DNA of 64,000 bases from Octopus vulgaris. Taxonomy: Eukaryota. The position numbers were made by a program, and so were the translations under genes. Shown piece by piece: positions 22,797-35,261 of the stretch. The notes beneath the pieces were generated by a model. The model saw nothing but the letters and a program-made list of their open reading frames with translations. It ran no database searches and was not told the origin of the DNA. The stretch covers positions 18,786,001 to 18,850,000 of the forward strand of contig OX597829.1 of assembly GCA_951406725.2 (NCBI GenBank), given 5' to 3'. Every line of letters begins with the position of its first letter. Within the stretch, counting starts at the first letter, position 1.

Positions 22797-23016
22797 TCTT
22801 TTACTCTTCAGTCATTTGACTGCGACCATGCTGGAGCACCACCTTTAGTTGAGCAAATCGACCTCATGACTTATGCTGTGGAAGCCTAGTACTTATTCTA
22901 TCGGCCTCTTTTGCCGAACCGCTAACTTACGGGGACGTAAACACACCAGCATCAGTTGTCAAGTGATGTTGGGGGGACAAACACAGATACACAAACATAC
23001 ACACACACACACACAG

Positions 23017-23075
<59 letters not shown>

Positions 23076-23325
23076 CATATATACATATATACGACTGGCT
23101 TCTTTCCATTTCCGTCTACAAAATCCACTCAGAAGGCTTTGGTCGGCCTGGGACTATAGTAGAAGACACTTGCCCGAGGTGCCATGCAGTGGGACTGAAC
23201 CTGGAACCATGTGGTTTGTAAGCAAGCTACTTACCACACAGCCAGGATTGATTTGTTCGACTAAAGGTGGTGCTCCAGCATGGCCACAGTCAAATGACTG
23301 AAACAAATAAAAGGAAGAATAAAAG
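22796..23325 (-). mobile_element. SINE family A, followed by a short + strand 3' fragment (23244-23325)
   Basis: Family A motifs. Confidence 0.85.
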
Positions 23326-23326
23326 A

Positions 23327-23375
<49 letters not shown>

Positions 23376-23534
23376 CATGTGCGTGTGTGTGCGTGTGCGT
23401 GTGTGTGTGTGTGTGTGGTGCCATAGCATGGGCACAATCTAATGACTGAAATAAGTAAAAGATAAATATGAAAAGATTGTCTTTATTGCTGTAGACTTCA
23501 CACTTAATATCATCATATCACCACTGTAATGCAG

Positions 23535-24188
23535 TGAAATGGCTGAGTCGTTAGCACGCTGTACAAATTGCTTAGCAGCATTTCATCTATCTTTACGTTC
23601 TGAGTTCAAATTCGACCAATGTTGACTTTACCTTTCATTCTTTTGAGGTTGATAAAATAAGTACCAGTTGAACACGGGGAATGGGGTGGATGGGGGCAGA
23701 ATGCAATCAACTTATCTCCTCTCTTGAAGCTGCAAGCCTTGTGCCAAAATATGGAACCAATATCTATTTCTTTTACTATCCACAAGGGGCTAAACACAGA
23801 GGGGACAAACAAGGACAGACAAACGGATTAAGTCAATTACATCAACCCCAGTGCGTAACTGGTACTTATTTAATCGACCCTGAAAGGATGAAAAGCAAAG
23901 TCGACCTTGGCGGAATTTGAACTCAGAACGTAGCGACAGACGAAGTACCTATTTCTATTTCTTTGCTACCCAGAAGGGGCTAAACACAGAGGGGACAAAC
24001 AAGGACAGACAAATGGATTAAATCGATTATATCAACCCCAGTGCATAACTGGCACTTATTTAATTGGCCCTGAAAGGATGAAAGCAAAGTCGACCTTGGC
24101 AGAATTTGAACTCAGAACGTAGCGGCAGATGAAATACCGCAAAGCATTTCGCTTGGCGTACTAATGATTCTGCCAGCTCAGCGCCTTT
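23535..24188. mobile_element. Cluster of SINE family B: one + copy (23535-23760) and a - strand partial dimer (23765-24188)
   Basis: AAGGGGCTAAACACAGAGGGGACAAACAAGGACAGAC...GAACTCAGAACGTAGCG occurs twice ~190 bp apart. Confidence 0.85.
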
Positions 24189-24408
24189 ATATGAAACCAA
24201 TATCATTAAATCACTGTTGTTATGAGGAAAAAGTTAGGTGTACATGACTATCAAGACAGTCCCTTTTGACCAAAAATCCTTGGATCAAATTTCACCAGGA
24301 ATTACCGATCCTGTTTGAAATACTAATCTAAGACCATCTCTGTCTCTGAGTTATAAAACTTCTCATTTTAAAAAGTTCACACTTAAATTTAAAATGTCTG
24401 TCATTCAT

Positions 24409-24826
24409 AGGTGTAGGAGTGGCTGTGTGGTAAGTAGCTTGCTAACCAACCACATGGTTGCGGGTTCAGTCCCACTGCGTGGCATCTTGGGCAAGTGTCT
24501 TCTACTATAGCCTCGGGCTGACCAATGCCTTGTGAGTGGATTTGGTAGACAGAAACTGAAAGAAGCCTGTCGTATATATGTATATATATATATGTATGTA
24601 TGTGTGTGTTTGTGTGTCTGTGTTTGTCCCCCTAGCATTGCTTGACAACCGATGGTGGTGTATTTACGTCCCCGTAACTTAGTGGCTCGGCAAAAAGAGA
24701 CTGATAGAATAAGTACTAGGCTTACAAAGAATAAGTCCTGGGGTTGAGTTGCTCGACTAGAGGCGGTGCTCCAGCATAGCCGCAGTCAAATGACTGAAAC
24801 AAGTAAAAGAGTAAAGAGTAAAGAGT
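24409..24826 (+). mobile_element. SINE family A, full length
   Basis: Head to (GTAAAGA)n tail. Confidence 0.9.
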
Positions 24827-25004
24827 ATGTAAATTAAAATCTTGTGTTCTCAAGGCTGCAAATTAATAGCATCGTTAGAGCATTTGATAGAATTCCTTGT
24901 GTTATTTAATTTGGCTCTCATAGTACAGTTCCTGTTGAGGTTAGTTTAACCTTTCATCCTTTCAGAGTCAATAAATAAAAAAAACTAATGATCTATCGGT
25001 GCAT

Positions 25005-25420
25005 ATGTAACTGTGTGGCAAGAAGCTTGTTCCCCAACCACATGGTTCCGAGTTCAGTCCCACTGCATGTCACCTTGGGTAAGTGTCTTCTACTATAACC
25101 TCAGGCCAATCAAACAAAGCCTTGTGAGTGGATTTACTAGACGGAAACTGAAAGAAGCCCATCGTATATTTGTGTGTGTGTTTGTGTGTGCATTTTTGTG
25201 TCTGTGTTTGTTCCCTGCTCCCACTTTCACTACTTGACCATTGGTGTTGGTGTGTTTGCCTCCTTGTAACTTAGTGGTTTGGCAAAAGAGACCGATAGAA
25301 TAAGTAGAAGGCTAACGAAGAATAATTCCTGGGGTCAGTTTCTTTGACTAAAATCCTTCAAGGTGGTGCTCCAGCATGGCCACAGTCAGATGACTGAAAC
25401 AAGTAAAAGAATAAAAGAAT
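25005..25420 (+). mobile_element. SINE family A, older copy
   Basis: Family A motifs. Confidence 0.85.
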
Positions 25421-25424
25421 TTAT

Positions 25425-25850
25425 AGTTGTGAGACTTGGACATTGTCCAGGGCCCTAAGGGGGTTACCTAAACTCTTTTGGCATGAGGACTGTTCATAGG
25501 ATTATTGGCTACTGCTGGCCAGATTTCTTATCCAACCAAGGAGTGTACACAGAAACTGAAAGGAATCCTGTTACTTCTAAGATTCAGGAGTGTCTGCACA
25601 GACTGTTTGGTCATGTTTCTCGATTTTTCTGTGTTGGATCCTGCATATTGTGTTCTCTTCTCTGAGGATCCATTTGGGGTGGCAGTTCATGTTGGTTCGC
25701 TACATACCACATGGTCATAGGTGGATGAAGTATTTTGCAGGGCATTGCTTGGTGGGGGGATTCCCCGGGATGAGCCAAGAAAATACCAACAAATGATGGA
25801 TGCAGCAATGATGGATGTTGCATTGGCATATGGTCATAGGCAGATGAAGA
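25425..25850 (+). mobile_element. RTE-like LINE 3' fragment
   Basis: SCETWTLSRALRGYLNSFGMRTVHRIIGYCWPDFLSNQ...RLFGHVSRF. Confidence 0.7.
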
Positions 25851-26567
25851 ATTTATAGTCATCATCATCATCATCATCATTTAATGTCCGCTTTTTATGC
25901 TGGTTATCAAACTGGTAAGATTGTTGAATACAGAAGACTGGAAATGATTGACCATAAAAAGGCTTTACTCTTCTGAGAACAAGTGTATGGTATCTTTGTC
26001 ATTAGTTGTTTTAGTCGGAAACCTTACTGATCAGGAATCAACCATGTTTAAATATCATTCCAAAGCCTCGTTTTCAACTGGTTGGCATAGTGATGGAAAT
26101 AACCGAGTAGTAATAATAACAGTAATTATTACCACATGAAGAATCTTGAACAGGGGTACTGTTCGGAAGGATTTCCCGGGATGACCGAAGCAAATACTGA
26201 CAAATGATGGATACAGCAATGTATCTTAGGTGGAATAGCTAGAAGGTTGGGCAAGATGTTTTGTGGGGCCATTTCCAGGTATTTGCATTCTGATAGCATG
26301 GCTCAGAGGTTGGAGCATAGAACATTTTTGTTAATCCATTTGTAAACATACTTTAAGTGAAAATACATCATCCATGAACTCCAGTTAATTTTGAAAATGA
26401 TTATTAAAGTAAGTTTTGGATGAATTTAGAAAAAAAAAATAAATAAAATGTAATTTTTTCTTTTATAATTTAAAAAATTTATTTTGTTTGCTTCAAATTA
26501 TGAGAGAATGTTTGAGTTCTGATATGGATGCTAGAGAAAGAAATGTTGGAACATTTTAAGTGAATTC

Positions 26568-26643
26568 AACTATAGTTCCAGGCCAACTAAAGCCTTGAGA
26601 GTGGATTTGGTAGAAGGAAACTGAAAGAAGCCCATCGTATATA

Positions 26644-26681
<38 letters not shown>

Positions 26682-26880
26682 TTTGTCCCCCACCAACATT
26701 GCTTGACAACCGATGCTGGTGTTTTTACGTCTCCATAACTTAGCGGTTTGGCCAAAGAGACTGATAGAATAAGTACTAGGCTTACAAAGAATAAGTCCTG
26801 GGGTTGATTTGTTTGACTAAAGGTGGTGCTCCAGCATGGCTGCAGTCAAATGACTGAAACAAGTAAAAGAATAAAAGAAT
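26568..26880 (+). mobile_element. SINE family A, 5'-truncated
   Basis: Family A motifs. Confidence 0.85.
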
Positions 26881-26996
26881 TATAATACAAAACCAGAGAT
26901 TGTCTCAACTACATTTAATAGAAATACATTGCTGAGCTAAATTCTTTCAAATTTTTAACTGTTCTTTGAATTAATTAAAACACAATCAGTTTATAT

Positions 26997-27053
<57 letters not shown>

Positions 27054-27199
27054 TTAACATCTGGTTTCCCTATTGGCATGAGTTGGATGGTTTGCCAGGA
27101 GCTGGCAAGGCCAGGAGCTGCACCAGGTTCCATCGTTGGTTTTGGTATGTTTTTTATAGCTGGATGCCCTTCCTAATGCCAATATGGCCGTAAAAGGGT

Positions 27200-27568
27200 T
27201 CATTTGACTGTCTTTCCCTATATAATTCAAATGAGGAAGTGTAAAGAAGAAGAAGGCAGGCATTAGGGCCCCGTGATGAACTTCTTACCACAGTAAAGAA
27301 ACGCAAGATCAGGTGGTTTGGACGTGTCACCTGCTCTTTGGAGATGACCAAAACAATTCTTCAGGGAATAATCAAAGGTGTCAGATGCAAAGACAGACAG
27401 AGAAAGAGGTGGAAAAACAACATCTATGAATGGACAGGCCTAAGGATGAGAGACGCAGTGCGAGAGGCAGAAGACAGAGATGGGCGGAGGGATCTGGTCG
27501 CAAGGTTATCAGTGGTGCCCCAACGGTCAGCCAGATTATGCGATATGTAATGTAATCTAATGTAATTA
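27200..27568 (+). mobile_element. RTE-clade LINE 3' end with short (ATGTA)n tail
   Basis: ELLTTVKKRKIRWFGRV...KTILQGIIKG.R...RQRKRWKNNIYEWTG. Confidence 0.85.
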
Positions 27569-28038
27569 TATAATCCTGACAGATTGACCTCATTGAGTTT
27601 CTAATGCCCTTGGTTGTTTATTTTTAGATTGAAGATAGTAACATAACCATTTTCCTTTACACAGTACTTAATTACAGTAAATAATTAATTTCACTCATTT
27701 TCACTTTTATTTAAGCTCTATCTTCGCTTGAGTTGTAACCATTTCCTGAATACATGATTGGTCATCTATAGATAATGGCATTGTCCCTCAAGATTATATT
27801 TCATCTTTTACTTGTTTCGATCATCAGACTGTAGCCATGCTGGAGCATTGCCTTGTATAATTTTTTAGTCAAATGAATCACCCCCAGGACTTCTTTCATT
27901 GCTTTTTCTTGAGTTTAGTACTTATTCTATCGGTCTCTTTTGTCAACCTGTTAAGTTACAGGAATATAAACACACCAACTCCAGTTTTCAAGTGGTGGTG
28001 GAGGAACAAACACAATTACAAAAACACACACACATATA

Positions 28039-28094
<56 letters not shown>

Positions 28095-28610
28095 CATACA
28101 TACATACATATATATATATATCTATAACTATAATTACTAGTGCCCCAACTTCGGTGCTCCTCCAATACCTGAGAGTCTGGCAAAAAAGTTTGACCAGAAC
28201 ATACTCTAACACACCCACTAACACTCATGTCCAGCACAATGGACACCCACCTAATAGACTTTTTTTCCATCATCCCATAAAATCTTTTCCAGAAAATTCT
28301 TGTTGACCACTCCCAGAGATAATGTTTTTTGATACTAAGGGGCATAACTCTTATCTTAATCCCCTGCTTGATTTCTTTCATCATCTTTTTCACAGCAACC
28401 ACAAACTGGATGTGTCTATTCACCTTCAAAATAGAGAGTAGGCAATAAATTTCATTCCATAACAGCTACTTCTGAAGAGCACAGGGTAACACAATTTGAC
28501 TACTATCTAACACTCTGTTGAATCCCTAGTGCAAGACCTATTGGTAACATCAGCCATAATGGGCATATAATACTGTACACTTCAATTTATATATATATAT
28601 TTATATATAT

Positions 28611-28897
28611 ACGTAAAAAGCACCATCCATTCGTGGCCATTGCCAGCCTCGCCTGGCCCCCGTGCCGGTGGCACATAAAAAGCACCATCCGATCGTGGCC
28701 ACTTGCCAGACTCGTCTGGTACCTGTGCCGGTGGCACGTAAAAAGCACCCACTACACTCATGGAGTGGTTGGCGTTAGGAAGGGCATCCAGCCATAGAAA
28801 CATTGCCAGATCAAACTGGGCCTGGTGCAGCCTCCTGGCTTCCCAGACCCCAGTTGAACCGTCCAACCCATGCTAGCATGGAAAGCGGACGCTAAAC

Positions 28898-28931
<34 letters not shown>
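28611..28931 (+). mobile_element. SINE-like family C
   Basis: Two ~60-bp internal units, core and (GAT)n tail. Confidence 0.85.
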
Positions 28932-28933
<2 letters not shown>

Positions 28934-29297
28934 ATAGTTATCGCCAAGCTAACATGGCAGTCCAGAAAAATTGGACGAATGCTGCCGTTGATTAGCTTGA
29001 AGAAGCCATCGCCTCTAGCTAGCTATATGACACAGAAACCTGTGTCCATTATAACCTTCGAACAGGGGAGGTCAGAACTTCCCCTTGCTGGTCTGGCATC
29101 CACAGACTTGTTTCGAGGTGGTTGCCTCTTATCAATTTGAAGTAGCCGAACCCAGCAGGCATTACTGCTGACCAACTGTTCGAAGGATTATTTACTTAAA
29201 TTCAGTGGAATACATCCACTGGTTTTCAAAAATAGAAATATCATTATTTCTAATTCTCTCTAAAGGAGACTACAGCAGCGTTACTGAATATTAATAG

Positions 29298-29334
<37 letters not shown>

Positions 29335-30724
29335 TATAAAAGGCTTCTTTCAGTTTCCCTCTACCATATCCACTCACAAGGCATTGGACCAAGGCTATAG
29401 TAGAAGATATTTGTCCAGTGGGACTGAACCAGTAACCATGTGGTTGGGATGCAAGCCCCTTACCACACAGTCATGCCTATTCTGTCACTAATTTCACTCA
29501 TTGGACTGTGGCCATTCTGGGGCACTGGCTTTGAGTGTTTTAGTCAATTTTATCAACCCAGAACTTACTTTATGGATCTTTAGTTTCTGAACGGCAACCT
29601 CCACGATGTGTTCTTGCCTATGTATTTGTGTGCCATTGTGTTCCCATGCTGCTTGACAATAGGTGTTGGTTTGTTTACATCTTCACAACTTAGCAGTTCA
29701 ACAAAAGATCACTGTAGTGGTTGAAATACATATTCAACTAAAGCCCTTCAAGGGATTAACCTAGCATGCCCACAGTTCAGTGACTGAAATAAATTTTTAA
29801 AGAGGATAACAGTAAATATCTGAAAAACTCTAAGATGAACAAGGTGGCATTCAAGAAGAAAAAACCTTCATGTAAAACCACTGTAAAAGACAATAGAAAG
29901 CATTATATACACTTTTATATACACTCATCCATTCTATAAATGACTTTATTATTAAAAAGAAAATAAACTAAACATATACATAAATTAAAATATACTCTAT
30001 ACACAGGTGAGATGGCCAAAACGATCTATCAGCTATTCCTAGAATGGCACCTGTAATAGATAAATGTCTTATATCCAAGGGGAGAAAAGATTCATCTCTT
30101 ATCCACTTAACACCACAAAGTCAGCAGCTAAACATTTGCTGTTATGGCTCCCAGTGGTTTCTCGAGATATTTATCATTTAATCGTTATGGATATATATAT
30201 AATGTTGAAAGGGCGTAAAAGGCAGTGTGCACATGTGGTGGGTATTTTGTGTGTGTGTCTGTGTTTGTGTATGTGATAATTTGTGTTTGTGTTTGTGTGT
30301 GTGTGTCTGTATGCATGTGTGTGTGTTTGTGTGTACGGGAGTTTTCTGTCAATGCCATAAATCAACCAACTGACAATTCCACTGGTGATTGGCTTCTGAA
30401 TACTGGAATAGCTAGACTAATCTGTTCTATAATAACTTACACTGCACTTACTCCTCACATGTACAATGCGTGCGTATACGTGTTAATGTGTGTGCATGCA
30501 CATATACACACACATACATACACACACACACATGTATATAAAAGAAAATGAGATGACAAATGAAAAACGATTATGTTATGTACTTCATTAGGTTACAGTT
30601 GTTTCGGCTCTAAGTTGCTGTGGATTCATAGTTGAGTGTTTTGAAGTATGCGTATATTGAGTTTTACACCAAGCTATTAGTCTTGCAATGCCTAAGCAAA
30701 ATATGTATGTGTGTATATATATAT

Positions 30725-31112
30725 ATATATGGAAGCACTCCGCCAGTTACGACGACGAGGTTTCCGGTTGATCCGAATCAACGGAACAGCCTGCTCGTGA
30801 AATTAACGTGTAAGTGGCTGAGCACTCCACAGACACGTGTACCCTTAACGTAGTTCTCGGGGATATTCAGCGTGACACAGAGAGTGACAAGGCCGGCCCT
30901 TTGAAATACAGGTACAACAGAATCAGGAAGTAAGAGTGAGAGAAAGTTGTGGTGAAAGAGTACAGCAGGGATCACCACCATCCCTGCTGGAGCCTTGTGG
31001 AGCTTTTAGGTGTTTTCGCTCAATAAACACTCACAACGCCCAGTCTGGGAATCAAAACTGCGATCCTATGACCACGAGTCCACTGCCCTAACCACTGGGC
31101 CATTGCACCTCC
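30725..31112 (-). mobile_element. tRNA-derived SINE family D (octopus OR-like)
   Basis: Minus head GGAGGTGCAATGGCCCAGTGGTTAGGGCAGTGGACTCG...TTGATTCCC; body shared with 2225-2540. Confidence 0.8.
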
Positions 31113-31132
31113 ATATATATATATATATACAT

Positions 31133-31164
<32 letters not shown>

Positions 31165-31410
31165 CAGAGTAAGCACATAAATGTGAAACAAGGTGGGCAA
31201 AAAATAGTACTCAATTACCGCAGGTAGAGTAATATGCTTTATTAATAAAGCTGCAAAGACATCACAAAAACTGTTACTCAGAGTTTTACATTCCTGTTTA
31301 TCAGACAGTTTAGGTCGATAATGCATTCTCAACCAAAAGTGTTCGATGAACGGGAACATGAAACTCTGAGTTACAGTTTTTGTGATGTCTTTGCAGCTTT
31401 ATAAATAAAG
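31165..31410. mobile_element. Penelope/retrozyme-like short repeat, inverted arms (31244-31311, 31335-31403), each with a decayed hammerhead
   Basis: Arms reconcile to AAAACTGT CYGAYGA ACG GGAA CGT GAAA CTCTGAGTA ACAGTTTT; distal part recurs at ~42942-43025. Confidence 0.7.
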
Positions 31411-31482
31411 TATATATATATAAATATATAATGATGATGATAAATACACACACACACGCACACACACACACACACACACATA

Positions 31483-31866
31483 GTGCTAAGAGCACCATCC
31501 GAGTGTGATCATTGCCAGAGCAGCTAACTGGTTTCCATGCCGGTGACACATAAAAAGCACCATTTGAGCGAGGTTGTTGCTAGTAACGCTGGACTGGCTC
31601 CTGTGCAGGTGGCATGTAAAACACACCATTTGAATATGGCCATTGCTAGTACTGCCTGACTGGCCCTTGTGCTGGTGGCACGTAAAAGCACCCACTACAC
31701 TCTCGGAGTGGTTGACGTTAGGAATAGCATCCAGCTGTAGAAACTCTGCCAGATCAAGATTAGGAGCCTGGTGCAGCCATCTGGTTCGCCAATTCTCAGT
31801 TAAATCGTCCAACCCATGCTAGAATGGAAAGTGGATGTTAATCAATGATGATGATGATGATGATGA
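31483..31866 (+). mobile_element. SINE-like family C
   Basis: Internal repeats, core, (GAT)n tail. Confidence 0.85.
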
Positions 31867-31900
31867 TATCTACATATATACATATACACACACACACATA

Positions 31901-32305
31901 GGCGCAGGAGTGGCTTTGTGGTAAGTAGCTTGTTTACCAACCACATGGTTCCGGGTTCAGTCCCACTGCGTGGCACCTTGGGCAACTGTCTTCTACTATA
32001 GCCTCGGGCCGACCAAAGCCTCGTGAGTGGATTTGGTAGACAGAAACTGAAAGAAGCCCGTCGTATATATGTATATATATGTATGTATGTGTGTGTGTGT
32101 GAGTGTGTGTGTTTGTGTGTCTGTGTTTGTCCCCTTAGCATTGCTTGTGTGTTTATGTCTCCATCACTTAGCAGTTCAGCAAAAGAGACCGATAGAATAA
32201 GTACTGGGCTTACAAAGTATAAGTCCCGGGTCGATTTGCTCGATTAAAGGTGGTGCTCCAGCATGGCCGCAGTCAAATGACTGAAACAAGTAAAAGAGTA
32301 AAGAG
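31901..32305 (+). mobile_element. SINE family A, full length
   Basis: Head to tail. Confidence 0.9.
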
Positions 32306-32329
32306 TACACACACATATATATATATACA

Positions 32330-32358
<29 letters not shown>

Positions 32359-32360
<2 letters not shown>

Positions 32361-32563
32361 AGCACCACCAGCTCAAATATTTTCTCCTCTGTCTTCCCTC
32401 CTTGGGATCTTTCCTTCTCTTTGTTTCCGACGAAGAGCTCCGCTCGAAACGTTAAACCCTCCTTCCCTTCTTTCCTGAATGTCAATAATACTTTAATTGT
32501 TCCACGTCCTGCGTTGCTGTGTTTTTTTCTCTTTTTTTCTGTGTTTTCTTGTTTGGATTAACT
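32359..32563 (+). mobile_element. ~205-bp hammerhead-bearing repeat embedded in (TA)n
   Basis: Near-identical copy at 53649-53862. Confidence 0.75.
32423..32457 (+). ncRNA. Putative minimal type I hammerhead, CCGACGA (U4C) core
   Basis: GTTT CCGACGA A GAGC TCC GCTC GAAA CGTT AAAC. Confidence 0.6.
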
Positions 32564-32570
32564 TTATATA

Positions 32571-32679
<109 letters not shown>

Positions 32680-32930
32680 ATGTGTATATATGTAACCCAT
32701 GCCAGCATGGAAAGCGGACGCTAAACGATGATGATGATGATGATGATGATATATATAAAAATGTGTATATGTATATATATAAACATAAATGTGTGTGTGT
32801 ATATATATATACATACATGCATACATATATAAATACATACACATACACATATATACATACATACATACATACATACATACACATGTGCGTGCGCACATAC
32901 ACACACACAGAGACGCACACACACACACAC

Positions 32931-34140
32931 GCATATCTTTTTAATGTACTGATACGTGATAGAAAATTCAACAAAAACATATTCCATCAGATTAGAGATG
33001 AATAATAGATCTAGTGGCATCAAAGATAAAGTAGCACATAACCACTCTAGTATTAATCAGGATTATAAGAAACCTAGAAATAGGCCAAGGAAAATTATTT
33101 GATCTGTCCTTTCCTTTTCCCTTAATATAAAAGCTAACATTGGTAAAAGATTCCTGTCTCTCCGAGACAAACACTTTCTAGCCCCTCACAGATATAAGGA
33201 AATATTTAAAAGGCATTCTGTGAAATTATCATATAGCTGCTGCCCCAATATGAAGAGTATCATTACACGAGGTCAACACCAAGAACCTGAATCCAGCTGC
33301 AACTGTTATGACCCAAGATCCAGTCCACTTGACCAACGATGTATGACTAAATCTATCGTATATGAAGCAGAAGTTATTGCAACCCTAAATAATTAGACAA
33401 CTGATGAGAAGACCTATATTGGACTACGAGAAGGAGAATTTAAAAATCGCTATACCAATCACATAGCCTCTTTCCTACATAGGGACAAAAGTAAAGCTAC
33501 TAAGTTGGCTAGCTACGTATGGACTTTGAATGATAACGAAACACCACATGTGATTAAATGGAAAGTAATTGAGAAATCCATACCTTATGTGAATGGATCA
33601 AATAAATGTGGACTTTGTTTGGTTGAAAGAACACTGATCGTGTTCTAAGATCCCTAACTCTCTATTAAACTCCAGGTCAGAAATTTTCAGTGGTTGCATG
33701 CATATGTATAAATATATTTTGAAAAATTGGAAAATTCTGCCTATTCCTGACTAACTTGATATCTCTCCAGCCTTATCATTTAAGGTCTAAGGAGGATAGC
33801 ACTTTTACCTTTTTACTTTTTTTTGTTGTGTTTTTTGTATCTGTTTTTTTTTCCCCATTTTATGTTTCCCATTGTTTACTGTCTGCATTTTCTATATGCT
33901 GCCTTTTCAATTTTTTTGCATTTCTTCTATTGTTCAATTTCTTCAGTTCATTATGAGATGTGGCTTGTGCCTGAAGAATATGTTTCAGTATTTCTCAACA
34001 TATGAAACTATTAGTAACACTTTAATACATGTCTCGTCCTGTTCTGGAGTAGACACGTGGAATGGAGAGTCACTGAAGAGGTCACAGGATGTATAACAAA
34101 CGATTTGTCACACATCCTGTAATGAAGATGAAGTGAAGAA
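32931..34140 (+). mobile_element. Penelope-like element (Naiad-type) 3' fragment: GIY-YIG endonuclease remnant plus 3' region; boundaries approximate
   Basis: 33061-33740 reads RKII*..NIGKRFL..DKHF..VKLSYSCCPN..CNC..PL..C..IVYEAEV..TYIG..FKNRYTNH..CGLCLVER..LLNSRSEIFSGCMH; stops and a frameshift. Confidence 0.85.
33967..34020 (+). ncRNA. Degenerate hammerhead in PLE 3' region
   Basis: CTGAAGA, stem II ATATGTT/AACATAT, GAAA CTA T TAG TA (GUA triplet); stem I weak (GTGC/ACAC). Confidence 0.5.
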
Positions 34141-34148
34141 TGAATACA

Positions 34149-34989
34149 CAGGGTGCGGTGAATAAACTGTTGTCCAAATTACGCAAAAATGAAAATAACA
34201 CTGACATCTCATTTTAACAGATGTATTTACCAAAATTACTTTAAAATATCTTGTAGTACTAAAGAGTAAAATTATTCAATAAAATTGACATTGGCTTCAA
34301 CCATGGCCCCCAGACAACTTCAGAATTTCCTGCAACTCTTCTGGACGGTCTTCTTGTTTAAGTTAATGAATGCTGCCATAATCCTTGCCTTCAGTTCATC
34401 TTTGGTGTTACAAGGAGTTTTGTTGGTCCCTCACTCAATTGCGGCCCACACATAATAATCAGGGGAGTTGCAGTCTGGGGAGTTAGGTGGCCAGATGTTG
34501 GGAGTGATGTGGTTGCAGAAATTGTTTTCACAGCCATGACTCGGTTCTCTTGCTTGTGTGGTATGGTGCAGAGTCCTGTTGCCAGATATAGGGTCTTTCA
34601 GCAGCCACCCTCTTGACCCAGGGCAGCACTACCTCCTACAAGTACTTGATGTAGGCCAACATGTTGAGTCTGAGGACATGTCGGAAGATGAATTGAGGTA
34701 TAATGTCACCATCACTACTGATCATTCCAAACACCATGATGTTGACTGGATGTTTGATTTTTATCACTCTCAGTACATATCCTCAAATTGCACTGTCCTC
34801 AGATTGGCATCTAAATACTCTGTATTGGAGCTTCCAGCACAAATGCCAAGCAGTATAGCATGTCGTTTCCAAATTTCCAGCAGAGTTAAAAACATCATGG
34901 TGCTGTTTTTCTCATAGATGGTGCCTAACTAACTCTACTATAATGCGATTAAAAATATAAAATGGTGACAATTTACCCATTGCATTCTG
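34149..34989 (-). mobile_element. Internally deleted Tc1/mariner DD37D (maT-like) element
   Basis: Imperfect TIRs CAGGGTGCGGTGAATAAACTGTTGTC / GGTGACAATTTACCCATTGCATTCTG|TA; minus strand WQQDSAPYHTS...IWPPNSPDCNSPDYYVW, ~37 aa spacing across a frameshift. Confidence 0.8.
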
Positions 34990-35261
34990 TATAGTGCATG
35001 TGTTTATTTTGCAAAAGAAAGGACCATCCCAAAATATAACAATATTTGTTTCAACTTATGGCTTCATATCAGAAATCTTGCAAATTAAATACATAAATAT
35101 ATAATTAAGTAAAAACCAAAAAAACCCCCAAAAAACGGAGAAACATCCAAAGTATTTATGAGACGCTCAGAAAAGGAAAGGAATGATTGTTTTACATTTC
35201 AAGCATACTCGTCTTCAGAAACAGGAAACATAGGAAAGTCCAAAGGAAAAGAAAGGAGGAA

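Noticed and set aside
28130-28580. Possible retroelement or exon fragment
   Set aside because: No recognisable motif; the ORF runs into a microsatellite
31040-31112. tRNA genes at SINE heads (also 42081-42144, 21875)
   Set aside because: Only A/B-box-like remnants, no complete cloverleaf or acceptor stem; continuous with repeat bodies
33100-33102. In-frame TGA in the Naiad-like ORF as selenocysteine
   Set aside because: Falls at an expected Trp position, cysteine positions are TGC/TGT, and TAG/TAA stops show ordinary decay
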